Below, piece by piece: positions 37,541-45,879 of a stretch of DNA of 64,000 bases. Under the pieces are notes generated by a model, which saw only the letters and a program-made list of their open reading frames with translations, had not been told where the DNA came from and searched no databases. This stretch comes from Gemmatimonadota bacterium (lineage in GTDB: Bacteria; Gemmatimonadota; Gemmatimonadetes; Longimicrobiales; Gaopeijiaceae). The stretch lies in the NCBI GenBank assembly GCA_028874905.1, contig JAPPGZ010000078.1, positions 3,595 through 67,594 on the forward strand, read 5' to 3'. How positions within the stretch are numbered: position 1 is the first letter of the stretch; each line of letters starts with the position of its first letter. The position numbers were made by a program, and so were the translations under genes.

Positions 37541-38821
37541 ATGATCACTCTCAAGCCGGCTGAGGTGCGCTCCTACAGAGAGCACTTGGATCTTACTCAG
37601 GAGGAACTCGCGAGTCGGTTGGGGCGCACTCGCCGCACCGTCATTCGCTGGGAAAGTGGTGAGACGACGCCCTCCACGGCAACGGCAATGGTCCTTCAGC
37701 AACTCGTCCGAGAATCGGGTCTTGGTGAACTCAATGGCTACCGGCCCGGCCATTTCACCTTCATCGACCTCTTTGCCGGGATCGGCGGCATGCGGTTGGG
37801 CTTCGAGCGTCGCGGTGGCCGATGCGTCTATACCTCCGAGTGGGACCGTTTCTCCCGGCAGACCTATCGGGCGAACTTCCCGCCAGAGGAGCAGATTGCG
37901 GGCGACATCCGGGAGGTCCGTACCACCGACGTCCCACAACATGACCTGCTCCTTGCGGGGTTCCCGTGCCAGCCGTTCTCGCTGGCCGGTGTCTCCAAGA
38001 AGAACTCACTTGGTCGGCCGCACGGATTCGCGGACGAGACGCAGGGGACACTCTTCTTCGACATCGCCCGCATCCTGCGGGATCACGAACCCGCGGCGTT
38101 CCTCCTGGAGAACGTGAAGCACCTCCAGAACCACGATCGCGGCCGGACCATGCACGTGATCCTCCGGACGCTGGAAGAGGAGCTCGGATACCACGTCACC
38201 ACGCGGGTGATCGACGCCCGTTCGTTCTTGCCCCAGCATCGGCAGCGTGTCTTTATCGCCGGATTCCGGGAGGACACGGACTTCGATTTGAAGGATCTCG
38301 ATCTGCCGGATCCGACAAAGGGTCCCCGGCTCGATTCGGTGCTTCACCCCGAGGATGGCTCCGAGGAAGCCGAGTCGCCCTACACCACGGGGGAGTCGGC
38401 AGTTGTCTCGGCGAAGTACACGCTCAGCGACCACCTCTGGTCGTATCTCCAGGAATACGCCCGAAAGCACCGGGAGCGGGGGAACGGATTCGGATTCGGC
38501 CTGGTCGGTCGGGAAGACACGGCCCGCACTCTGTCCGCTCGATACTACAAGGACGGGTCCGAGATCCTCATTCGTCAGGACGGGGCCAATCCCCGACGAC
38601 TGACGCCACGGGAATGCGCCCGGCTGATGGGGTTTGACGCTCCTGGCCAGAGCCTGTTCGAGATTCCGGTATCCGACACCCAGGCGTACAAGCAGTTCGG
38701 GAATGCAGTGGCTGTTCCGGTGGTCGATGCCATTGCGCGTGCGATGGCCCCGCATGTAGCATCGAGGGCGTCGAACCAGGACCAACTCAGTCTGTTCCCA
38801 GTCTCAGGGCGGTTTGATTGA
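37541..38821 (+). CDS. dcm: DNA (cytosine-5)-methyltransferase with N-terminal XRE-type HTH
   Basis: HTH LTQEELASRLGRTRRTVIRWESGE. C5-MTase motifs I FIDLFAGIGGMRLGF, IV GFPCQPFS, VI ENVKHL, VIII QHRQRVFIAGF, X QFGNAVAVPV. Confidence 0.95.
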   Translation: MITLKPAEVRSYREHLDLTQEELASRLGRTRRTVIRWESGETTPSTATAMVLQQLVRESGLGELNGYRPGHFTFIDLFAGIGGMRLGFERRGGRCVYTSEWDRFSRQTYRANFPPEEQIAGDIREVRTTDVPQHDLLLAGFPCQPFSLAGVSKKNSLGRPHGFADETQGTLFFDIARILRDHEPAAFLLENVKHLQNHDRGRTMHVILRTLEEELGYHVTTRVIDARSFLPQHRQRVFIAGFREDTDFDLKDLDLPDPTKGPRLDSVLHPEDGSEEAESPYTTGESAVVSAKYTLSDHLWSYLQEYARKHRERGNGFGFGLVGREDTARTLSARYYKDGSEILIRQDGANPRRLTPRECARLMGFDAPGQSLFEIPVSDTQAYKQFGNAVAVPVVDAIARAMAPHVASRASNQDQLSLFPVSGRFD

Positions 38822-39240
38822 CCGATATCGTCGATTCCCGGACCCGCAGCGCCATGATGGCGGCGATCCGGGGGAAAGACACGAAGCCGGAGGTCATTGT
38901 ACGCCGGTTTCTGCATCGCTCGGGCTTCCGGTTTCGACTGCACCGCCGTGACCTTCCGGGACGGCCGGACATCGTGCTCCCGAAATACCGCACCGTCGTC
39001 GAAGTCAGAGGGTGCTTCTGGCACCGACATGAAGGTTGCCCGTTCGCCTACATGCCGAAGTCGAATCGCAAGTTCTGGGAGTCGAAGCTGAACGGGAACC
39101 GGGAGAGAGATCAGCGGAATCTCAGGGAGCTGGCCAAGCTCGGCTGGCGCGCCATCGAGGTCTGGGAGTGCGAGTTGGGGGACGATGGGGTTCTTGAACG
39201 GCTGCCGGGTATGATCCGGGATCGGGTCTCCGGGGACTGA
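38818..39240 (+). CDS. vsr: Very-short-patch repair endonuclease
   Basis: RSAMMAAIRGKDTKPEVIVRRFLHRSGFRFRLHRRDLPGRPDIVLPKYRTVVEVRGCFWHRHEGC is the Vsr signature. TTG start overlaps the dcm stop by 4 nt. Confidence 0.9.
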   Translation: MTDIVDSRTRSAMMAAIRGKDTKPEVIVRRFLHRSGFRFRLHRRDLPGRPDIVLPKYRTVVEVRGCFWHRHEGCPFAYMPKSNRKFWESKLNGNRERDQRNLRELAKLGWRAIEVWECELGDDGVLERLPGMIRDRVSGD

Positions 39241-39256
39241 CAATGGATTCCGGCCC

Positions 39257-39892
39257 ATGAGCGTACGCGTCTTCATGAAACGGCTGGCGGAGGTCGAGAT
39301 CAATCCGCGGCTTTCGAACCAGCACGAGTTCAACGCTGGTGTGCTTCGACGGGAACTGGGGTTCGAAGCTGACCCTACTCGAGGCCATGTGGAATTCCTG
39401 TTCTACAAGACGGATGGCGGCGAGCCGGTTGTCGTGCGGGAGAACTACACGCTGTACGACGCGCGGCGGGACAACCCCAAACGCACCGAGTGGCGGATGT
39501 ACTACACCAACCTTGGTGTGGCGGCGCACGCCCGTGTTGATGACCTCATGCTTCTCTTCCGACCGGATTCGAGTAGCACCCACCTCATAGCCGTGATCGC
39601 ACGCAAGGGCACTGCGGTTGAGCGCGCGTTAGCCAAGCAACTCGCCGGACGCGAACCAGAGGAACTTGGTAAGAGGCTCTTCGTGGATTCGAGGAACGTC
39701 GACGCCGATACCTGTCGCATGCTTCTGCGATCCCTCGAAGGTTCTGTTTCGCCAGCCGAAGTCACGGCTGCCGCAGTTCGGTCGCATCCGCTCTTCCGGC
39801 AATCGTTCGCCTATGGTGTCATGCCGAACACGAACGAGATGGCAGGCGCGGCCCAGAAGATCATCACCGACCTTGGCGTAACGTCAGTCTGA
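39257..39892 (+). CDS. EcoRII-like restriction endonuclease, N-terminal (effector DNA-binding) part; separate ORF
   Basis: Position downstream of dcm-vsr, size, and a KRL(A/S)..N..(L)SNQHE start resembling the EcoRII-N KRLSANDTG..HQ segment. Ends 19 nt before the C-terminal ORF, in another frame. Confidence 0.5.
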   Translation: MSVRVFMKRLAEVEINPRLSNQHEFNAGVLRRELGFEADPTRGHVEFLFYKTDGGEPVVVRENYTLYDARRDNPKRTEWRMYYTNLGVAAHARVDDLMLLFRPDSSSTHLIAVIARKGTAVERALAKQLAGREPEELGKRLFVDSRNVDADTCRMLLRSLEGSVSPAEVTAAAVRSHPLFRQSFAYGVMPNTNEMAGAAQKIITDLGVTSV

Positions 39893-39911
39893 GCCCGACG
39901 AGTTCATACAA

Positions 39912-40472
39912 ATGGCGCTCGAAGCCGAGACGGAGCTGTTCATGTCCATCGAAAGCAGAATGGGCGATCGGGCGCTCGAAGAGGCCGTCAAGGAGGGTCG
40001 CTACGATTTCCACAAGGTGATGCAGATCTGTACGAGCTTCTCCCAACGGCGGAGGAGTCGCCGCGGCCAAAGCCTTGAGAATCACTTCCGTTTTCTTCTC
40101 GAGGAGCTCAGAATCCCTCACAGCTATCAGTGCACCACCGAGCGAGGGCGGAAGCCGGATTTCGTCTTCCCAAGTTGCGAACACTATCACAACCCCGGGT
40201 TCCCGGCCAGCCACCTGCGAATGGTCGGTTGCAAGACGCTGGTACGGGAGCGGCACACGCAATGGCTGGGAGAGGCGCTTCGGATTCCGCTCAAGTATGC
40301 CCTCTGTGTGGACCCTGGACTCTCGGATCGGTTGGTGGCGAGGTACAGAAAGCGATTGAGGTTCTTTCTGCCCCGGAGACTCCTAGATGCCACCTATGCC
40401 GATAGAGAAATCGGGGGACTACTCGGTTCGATTGATGACCTACTCGATGAGCTTCGTTTGCTAGCCCCATGA
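39912..40472 (+). CDS. EcoRII-like restriction endonuclease, C-terminal catalytic part; separate ORF
   Basis: GRKPDFVFPSCEHYHNPGFPASHLRMVGCKTLVRERHTQ matches my recollection of the EcoRII-C core (KPDF.FPS...Y.dp.FP...L.mLg.KTtcKdRWRQ), but with substitutions in the KDRWRQ stretch. Confidence 0.65.
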   Translation: MALEAETELFMSIESRMGDRALEEAVKEGRYDFHKVMQICTSFSQRRRSRRGQSLENHFRFLLEELRIPHSYQCTTERGRKPDFVFPSCEHYHNPGFPASHLRMVGCKTLVRERHTQWLGEALRIPLKYALCVDPGLSDRLVARYRKRLRFFLPRRLLDATYADREIGGLLGSIDDLLDELRLLAP

Positions 40473-40622
40473 ATTCCTCTTGCTGCCCACAGAACCCACC
40501 GAGAAACGAGCCGGGTGTGATGTGCTTCGTTGCCGACGAAGGAGATTGGTTTGCTAGTTGGCTATTTGCCCTTCTGGCAATGTCGAGATGCAGAATCAAG
40601 CTCTTCGACCGAGGAGGATTAC

Positions 40623-41729
40623 GTGCGTAGACAGACTAGTGAGTGGAGTGTGCGTATGCTGTCGGATTTCAGGAGCCGGATCAACGTTGACGCTGAGTAT
40701 CAGCGGGGAGCCGTTTGGTCCCGAGGGCAGCAGGCCCTTCTCATCGATTCGATTATTCGTGGCTTCGATATCCCCAAGATATTCTTACGCAAGCTGCCTG
40801 AAGGAGGCAAACACCTCTTTGACGTGATCGACGGTAAGCAGCGGCTGACTGCCATATGGGCCTTTGTCTCGGACGAATTCACCTTATTGCGGAATACTGA
40901 GCCGTTTCCCGAGCTTGGTGACCTCAGCGGTCAGCGATGGTCTGATCTCTCTGATATGGCGAGAGATCGCTTGCAGTTTACGAACATTACCATATCAAAG
41001 ATCGAAGACGCAACTGACGACGAAATCCGCGAGCTCTTCTTGAGACTGCAACGAGGCGAACCATTGAACGCGGCTGAGAGGCGCCACGCAATGTCGGGGC
41101 CACTGCGAGATTTTGTGGCCGACCATCTCGCCAGTCATGGACTGTGGGAACTCACACGGCTGCGGGCCGTGAGATTCGGCAAGGACGAGCACTCCGCCAT
41201 TCTCCTAGCCCTCGTCTGCCACGCCGGGCCAACGGGCCTTAGGGGTGCCGACCTCCATCGCCTTTATGAGATGGATCATTTCGATCCCACCGGGAACGAT
41301 GCGAAGCGGACGCTAAGGCTATTGGACGCCCTCCGAGATGTTGCGAGCGTGCAGCCAGGAGCGATAAGAACGCGATGGGGTCTTGTCGACCTCGCTCTGG
41401 TGCTGCTAAGGCTAGGCGATGAGGAGATTCCTGTGCCGCCCGACAAGTTGATGGAGTTCTTCTTGGCGTTTGAGAGAGAGCGCCGAGACGTTGCAGAGAT
41501 ATTGGCAGATTTGCAAACAAGACTGGTGGAGCCTACGGAGGCAGAGAGGGGGATTTCGGAAGAGGAAGACGACGTCAGGGAACAGATAACTCCAGAAATG
41601 CTGACCTACCATCTTGCTTTTGCCCGCGAGGGGGCCAGCAAAGAGAACGTGGCCAAACGGGCTAACACGATGTATGCTAGACTTAGGGCGTTTCTTGAGT
41701 TTACCGAGCTAGGCGGTCAGCGGAGATGA
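40623..41729 (+). CDS. DUF262 (ParB-like NTPase, GmrSD/SspE N-terminal type) protein without a nuclease domain
   Basis: YQRGAVWSRGQQALLIDSIIRGFDIPKIFL and VIDGKQRLTAIWAF. No DUF1524/HNH His-motifs in the C-terminal helical half. GTG 40623 is preceded by GAGGAGG; ATG 40656 is an alternative. Confidence 0.8.
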   Translation: MRRQTSEWSVRMLSDFRSRINVDAEYQRGAVWSRGQQALLIDSIIRGFDIPKIFLRKLPEGGKHLFDVIDGKQRLTAIWAFVSDEFTLLRNTEPFPELGDLSGQRWSDLSDMARDRLQFTNITISKIEDATDDEIRELFLRLQRGEPLNAAERRHAMSGPLRDFVADHLASHGLWELTRLRAVRFGKDEHSAILLALVCHAGPTGLRGADLHRLYEMDHFDPTGNDAKRTLRLLDALRDVASVQPGAIRTRWGLVDLALVLLRLGDEEIPVPPDKLMEFFLAFERERRDVAEILADLQTRLVEPTEAERGISEEEDDVREQITPEMLTYHLAFAREGASKENVAKRANTMYARLRAFLEFTELGGQRR

Positions 41730-42460
41730 AGTGGTCGGAGCTTATCTGGGGGCGTCCAGCAGCGGTCATCGCATCGGTGGGTTTGGCCCTCGCCGCGTTC
41801 TGGGAGGCCTCGATCTGGGTCGTACTGTGTTCTGTGTTCATCGTGGTGCATGCGTTCGTAGGCTGGGTGCGGGAACGGGGAGTCGTCTGGAGGCTGGGTG
41901 CAAACTACCGAGACGTGTTGCGTAGAGTATTGCACTTGCTCTCCGATCTTGGGAATCTCTCGGCAAATGGGTATGATCTCTGGATGATCGAGGTGTACCT
42001 GCCGAAGTACGTCTGGGTCGGAATGGCTGCCAATTGGCGACCTGGCCTGCAGAGGGCATTAGTACGAGAGTTGTCGGTGTCGGTTGGCGGCGCTTCAGAG
42101 CCGCCCCACAAATTTGCATTGACGCATCAGTTGTTTGGAAGGTGCTTCCGACGGGGGAGGTCGGAGCTTTGGTGGGATCGATCTCTCACGGATTCGTCAT
42201 TGAATGGAGTCAATAGCCCAGCGGAACTAGACGAGAAGACGTATACGGAACTAGAGCGGACGTTTGGGGTGGTCAGCGTTCACCCCATCGTGGACGCCGT
42301 TGGCAAGGATTGCGAAGGCCTGATAGTTATCCATGTGGGGCGGGACAGTGAGGCAGCAACGAAGGTGCTTGGTGCCCTCACGCAGCAAGAAGGGAGGCGT
42401 AGAATACTCGGGGCATGCAACGACATTCACAGCTACATCAAAAGAAGAGAGTTGCTCTAG
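41726..42460 (+). CDS. Two-TM membrane protein with soluble C-terminal domain (unknown family)
   Basis: ATGA overlap with the DUF262 gene. TM helices AAVIASVGLALAAFWEA and IWVVLCSVFIVVHAFVGWV. C-terminus (VVSVHPIVDAVGKDCEGLIVIHVG) is faintly GAF-like. Confidence 0.5.
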   Translation: MKWSELIWGRPAAVIASVGLALAAFWEASIWVVLCSVFIVVHAFVGWVRERGVVWRLGANYRDVLRRVLHLLSDLGNLSANGYDLWMIEVYLPKYVWVGMAANWRPGLQRALVRELSVSVGGASEPPHKFALTHQLFGRCFRRGRSELWWDRSLTDSSLNGVNSPAELDEKTYTELERTFGVVSVHPIVDAVGKDCEGLIVIHVGRDSEAATKVLGALTQQEGRRRILGACNDIHSYIKRRELL

Positions 42461-44874
42461 TCTTCTAGGGCGGTGATAAGCTGTTCCATTTCGAACGTCA
42501 GCAGGAATTCCGCGTAGTGGTTGCTCAACAAATCCTTGATGTAGTCCGCTACCGGGACATCGGTGGAGTCACGTTGTAGTTGGTACTTTCGATTCTGCGT
42601 GATAGCGTACAGGAACAAGGTGTGAAAGTACACAGCTGACATGTATCGCTTCTCGGCGACGGTGATCGCCTCTTGGCTCTTCAGGCCGGAACGATGATTG
42701 AGCCACACTCTGCTATCCATATTGACATAGATTACGGTCAACATGTCTCCATCAATCGCAGGGTGAACGATGGTAGCGTGATCCATGTCAACGCCTTGGT
42801 TCTCCAATTCCTGCCACGTCAGGTCTCCTACGGTGTTGTGCCTATAGATGCGGACAAGCTTTGGGAGGCCCAGTTGCGGGTCCAATTCCTTGTGGCCCTG
42901 ACGGGCAGGTCTTTTCCGTCGTTCAGGATCGACAATCTTGACGAGAATGTTCTCTTGGAATCCACCTTCGGGACCAGTCAGCGTCGCCGATATGGTTATG
43001 GCGTCTCCCACCTGGACATCGTTCGTTGGGTTCAAGCCGAGGCGTATCGTTCCTCGATTCGGGCTCGACTTGATGAGATTGAACAGTTGGTCGACACGAT
43101 TCGGCAGCGGACGACGCTCACCTTCTCCGCCGGAAACATCGTATTGGAGCAGACCGACCGACAGCTCGCCAAGATCACTGATGCGATCGAAGTACTGATT
43201 CTCAACATCGGTCGAGAACTTGATGGTGCGTTGGCTTCCGAACGGAAGTTGGACCATCGGCATGCCATTGGCGCGGTCTGACAACTCAGCCCGGAAGAAC
43301 GAGGGAAACCGCTGAGGACTGAACGGCGGTGGTTCCCGCTTCTTCGAAGCAGGCTTCTTGGGACGTGTCGTCTTCCGGTTACCCTTGCCTGATCCCTTGA
43401 GCTTCAGGGTGTGGTCGAAAAGCCGCATCAACTCGTTACGGAACGGAAGGTTAGTCGTGAGGTTGCGGAGAAGATCGTCGGCGCCAGTATCGTCAACTGA
43501 TATCTTTGCCTTCCTCTCCTTGTAGATCTCCTTTAATCGCCCGTCTCTCAAGAGCTTGCCTAGGCGCTTTCGGAGCTCCCGTGACTCCCGTCCGTCCTTT
43601 AGCCGGTCCCGTGATGCCATGAACAACTCTTGGCGAAAACCGATGTCGAGATCCGTGCAATCCACATGGACCAAGACGTAGTCCTTGAGGAGTTGAAACT
43701 TGAGAGTTCGAGAAACGAACTCAGACGTATAGTGGCCGTGTACTTGTCCGTTAACCGAGAAGATCACGGTCATGTTGTTCTTGAAGAACTCTCGGCGAAT
43801 CGTTCTCTTCGTGTCCTTTGCGTTGCGATCACCGACACGAGGCCGAAATACATACGTCGTGACCTTAGCGGAGCCGATCTCACTGTCGCTGAGCGACTGC
43901 GAGAACGAATCTTCCACGTACCTACTCGAGTCTTCCTCAAGCCTGCGTTTTAGGCCATAGATGTCACGTTGAAGGTTCCTGTCGTCAGGGTAACGAGATG
44001 GCTGGTCGATAGTGAAGAACGGAAGAGCGGGATTGAAGAGATACTCATTGAGGCTCTGGTTCAAGTCCCTAGAGATGACGGAGCGTGAACCGCTCGGGAG
44101 GTCATATGAGTAGAGCTTGATGATCGTGCCGGTGGTAAAACGGCGATTGCGTAGCCCGAGATCCAAGTCCTGAATCGAGAAGGAAGGGACACATCCATTA
44201 GGAGCGAAATACTCGTACCAAGTATTCCGCTTTGTCGTCTTTTCGAGCTCCGTGAGGGGATGCCGCCGGAGCAGAGTAAAACCGAGATTCCCGGAACCGT
44301 CCCATCTTCGGGAGCCAATGAGTTGGTAACGCTGCTGACCGCAGAAAGCGATCGCGCCCGCTCCGCCCATGTTGTATTTGCCCTGCACGAAATGAATCTC
44401 GTTTTTGTTGCCTCGAAGCAGTGAGAGGAAAGTGTCACTGAAGTCGTGTGGATGTTGCCCTTCCCCGTCGTCGTAGATCAGGAGCGAGGTCTCGAACCTT
44501 GGTCCATCTGCGATGATCTGAATGCTCTCGGCCTGTTTGCTCCGGAAGCTTCGTAGGTCCCAGTCTCCGGAATCAGGGAAAAACCGCGCGACGGCGTCGT
44601 CCACGGAGCGAGGCGCCTCACTAGACCGTGGATCGATACCGTCCTGAAGGCAGCGCCGTGTCAGAATCGCGTCGATTGAGTTTATGACCTTCTCAACTAG
44701 AGCCGGGATTGGCGAAGCCTGCTGGTTCTCAACTACGCCGAAGTTACTCTCGATCTCACCGTAAGGTCGCCAGTTGGCCGGGTCGTGGAAGGTGGAGTAG
44801 CGCTCGATGACGGCAGAGACGCCGGTCTCAGTGTCAGCGCGAAACAACTCCCAGAAAAGTGATTCGGACTCCAC
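42457..44874 (-). CDS. GHKL (Bergerat-fold) ATPase-like large protein, 805 aa
   Basis: N-box EKVINSIDA, G1 YDDGEGQ, G2 GKYNMGGAGAIAF within the first ~180 aa. Basic low-complexity linker (KGSGKGNRKTTRPKKPASKKR). The remaining ~600 aa are unassigned. GTG start; lower GC than the neighbours. Confidence 0.6.
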   Translation of the reverse strand: MESESLFWELFRADTETGVSAVIERYSTFHDPANWRPYGEIESNFGVVENQQASPIPALVEKVINSIDAILTRRCLQDGIDPRSSEAPRSVDDAVARFFPDSGDWDLRSFRSKQAESIQIIADGPRFETSLLIYDDGEGQHPHDFSDTFLSLLRGNKNEIHFVQGKYNMGGAGAIAFCGQQRYQLIGSRRWDGSGNLGFTLLRRHPLTELEKTTKRNTWYEYFAPNGCVPSFSIQDLDLGLRNRRFTTGTIIKLYSYDLPSGSRSVISRDLNQSLNEYLFNPALPFFTIDQPSRYPDDRNLQRDIYGLKRRLEEDSSRYVEDSFSQSLSDSEIGSAKVTTYVFRPRVGDRNAKDTKRTIRREFFKNNMTVIFSVNGQVHGHYTSEFVSRTLKFQLLKDYVLVHVDCTDLDIGFRQELFMASRDRLKDGRESRELRKRLGKLLRDGRLKEIYKERKAKISVDDTGADDLLRNLTTNLPFRNELMRLFDHTLKLKGSGKGNRKTTRPKKPASKKREPPPFSPQRFPSFFRAELSDRANGMPMVQLPFGSQRTIKFSTDVENQYFDRISDLGELSVGLLQYDVSGGEGERRPLPNRVDQLFNLIKSSPNRGTIRLGLNPTNDVQVGDAITISATLTGPEGGFQENILVKIVDPERRKRPARQGHKELDPQLGLPKLVRIYRHNTVGDLTWQELENQGVDMDHATIVHPAIDGDMLTVIYVNMDSRVWLNHRSGLKSQEAITVAEKRYMSAVYFHTLFLYAITQNRKYQLQRDSTDVPVADYIKDLLSNHYAEFLLTFEMEQLITALED

Positions 44875-45030
44875 TTCGATACGGCCTAATGGGTGACAGG
44901 AAGAGTGGCTAGAGGCGGCGAGCGGTGATTCACGGGCCTAAATGGGGTCGGAACGCTAAAGTGTCTCACTGACTCGCAACCAAGGTCGAGCAGGGGTGCT
45001 GGCACAATGTTGCGAAAGTGCTGGTGCGAC

Positions 45031-45879
45031 TCATAGAGCACACACTGCGCAGGGCACTGTGTCGTCTTCGTCGTCCAAGGCATCCCCCAAGACTTCGACA
45101 AGCGGCAAATCCCGCCGGTTCTTCGCTGCCGCATGCATCGCGTCCCGATGGCGGGTGAGGATTTCGCCTTTACGAGATCGCAATTCCGTCAGAGTCTCCC
45201 CCCCAGACCAAGTGTACTGGCGACCGCGCATCGCTCGGTCCCGGAAGTCGGCATCACCGGCCACCCCGGCGTCCTGGAGCACCTTCTGCTCGATCGCCAC
45301 GGCCCGCTCGAACAGTTCCGGGTGACGCTCAGCGAGCCCAATCCATTCGGCCTTACGCTGATAGAAGCAGAAATAGCACCCCGATCGCGTCCTCCATTCG
45401 TAATACTTGGGAAGCCCAATCCCAGCGTCCTCCAAAATCCGCATGACCCCCTCGCGGTCGACGCCGTCCTCGATAAAGGGGAACCGGGACTGTATGTTCG
45501 ACTTGGTAGAGATGTACCCCTTGCGGTTCGACTCGTCGGCGCGGATTGCGACGTAGGAGATCGCCGGGGCGTCGCCGATCCACTCCTCGATGGGCTTGAT
45601 CTTCATGTTCTTCGTGCACCACCGCATCTGTGGGGATGGCAGCGTGCCGCGAAACACCTCGAACCAGTGGTCGAACCCGCGAGTCGCGTTGAGGTGGGTG
45701 ATGGGTTTGCCGAGTATGACCTGAAGCCGGGTCAAGTACTCGTAGGTCTCGGGGAGCTCGGCCCCGGTGTCACAAAAGAAGTACTCCATCGCGGGCACGG
45801 TATGCCTGAGGTACACGGCAAGGGCACTTGAATCCTTGCCTCCAGAGATACCGCAGATGTGCCGAGTGGCGTCAGGCAT
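45031..45879 (-). CDS. sspD: PAPS-reductase-like PP-loop ATP pyrophosphatase (SspD-like)
   Basis: PP-loop ISGGKDSSAL and FCDTGAELPETYEYL. ATG 45879 gives an ATGCCTGA overlap with the upstream gene stop. Confidence 0.75.
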   Translation of the reverse strand: MPDATRHICGISGGKDSSALAVYLRHTVPAMEYFFCDTGAELPETYEYLTRLQVILGKPITHLNATRGFDHWFEVFRGTLPSPQMRWCTKNMKIKPIEEWIGDAPAISYVAIRADESNRKGYISTKSNIQSRFPFIEDGVDREGVMRILEDAGIGLPKYYEWRTRSGCYFCFYQRKAEWIGLAERHPELFERAVAIEQKVLQDAGVAGDADFRDRAMRGRQYTWSGGETLTELRSRKGEILTRHRDAMHAAAKNRRDLPLVEVLGDALDDEDDTVPCAVCAL

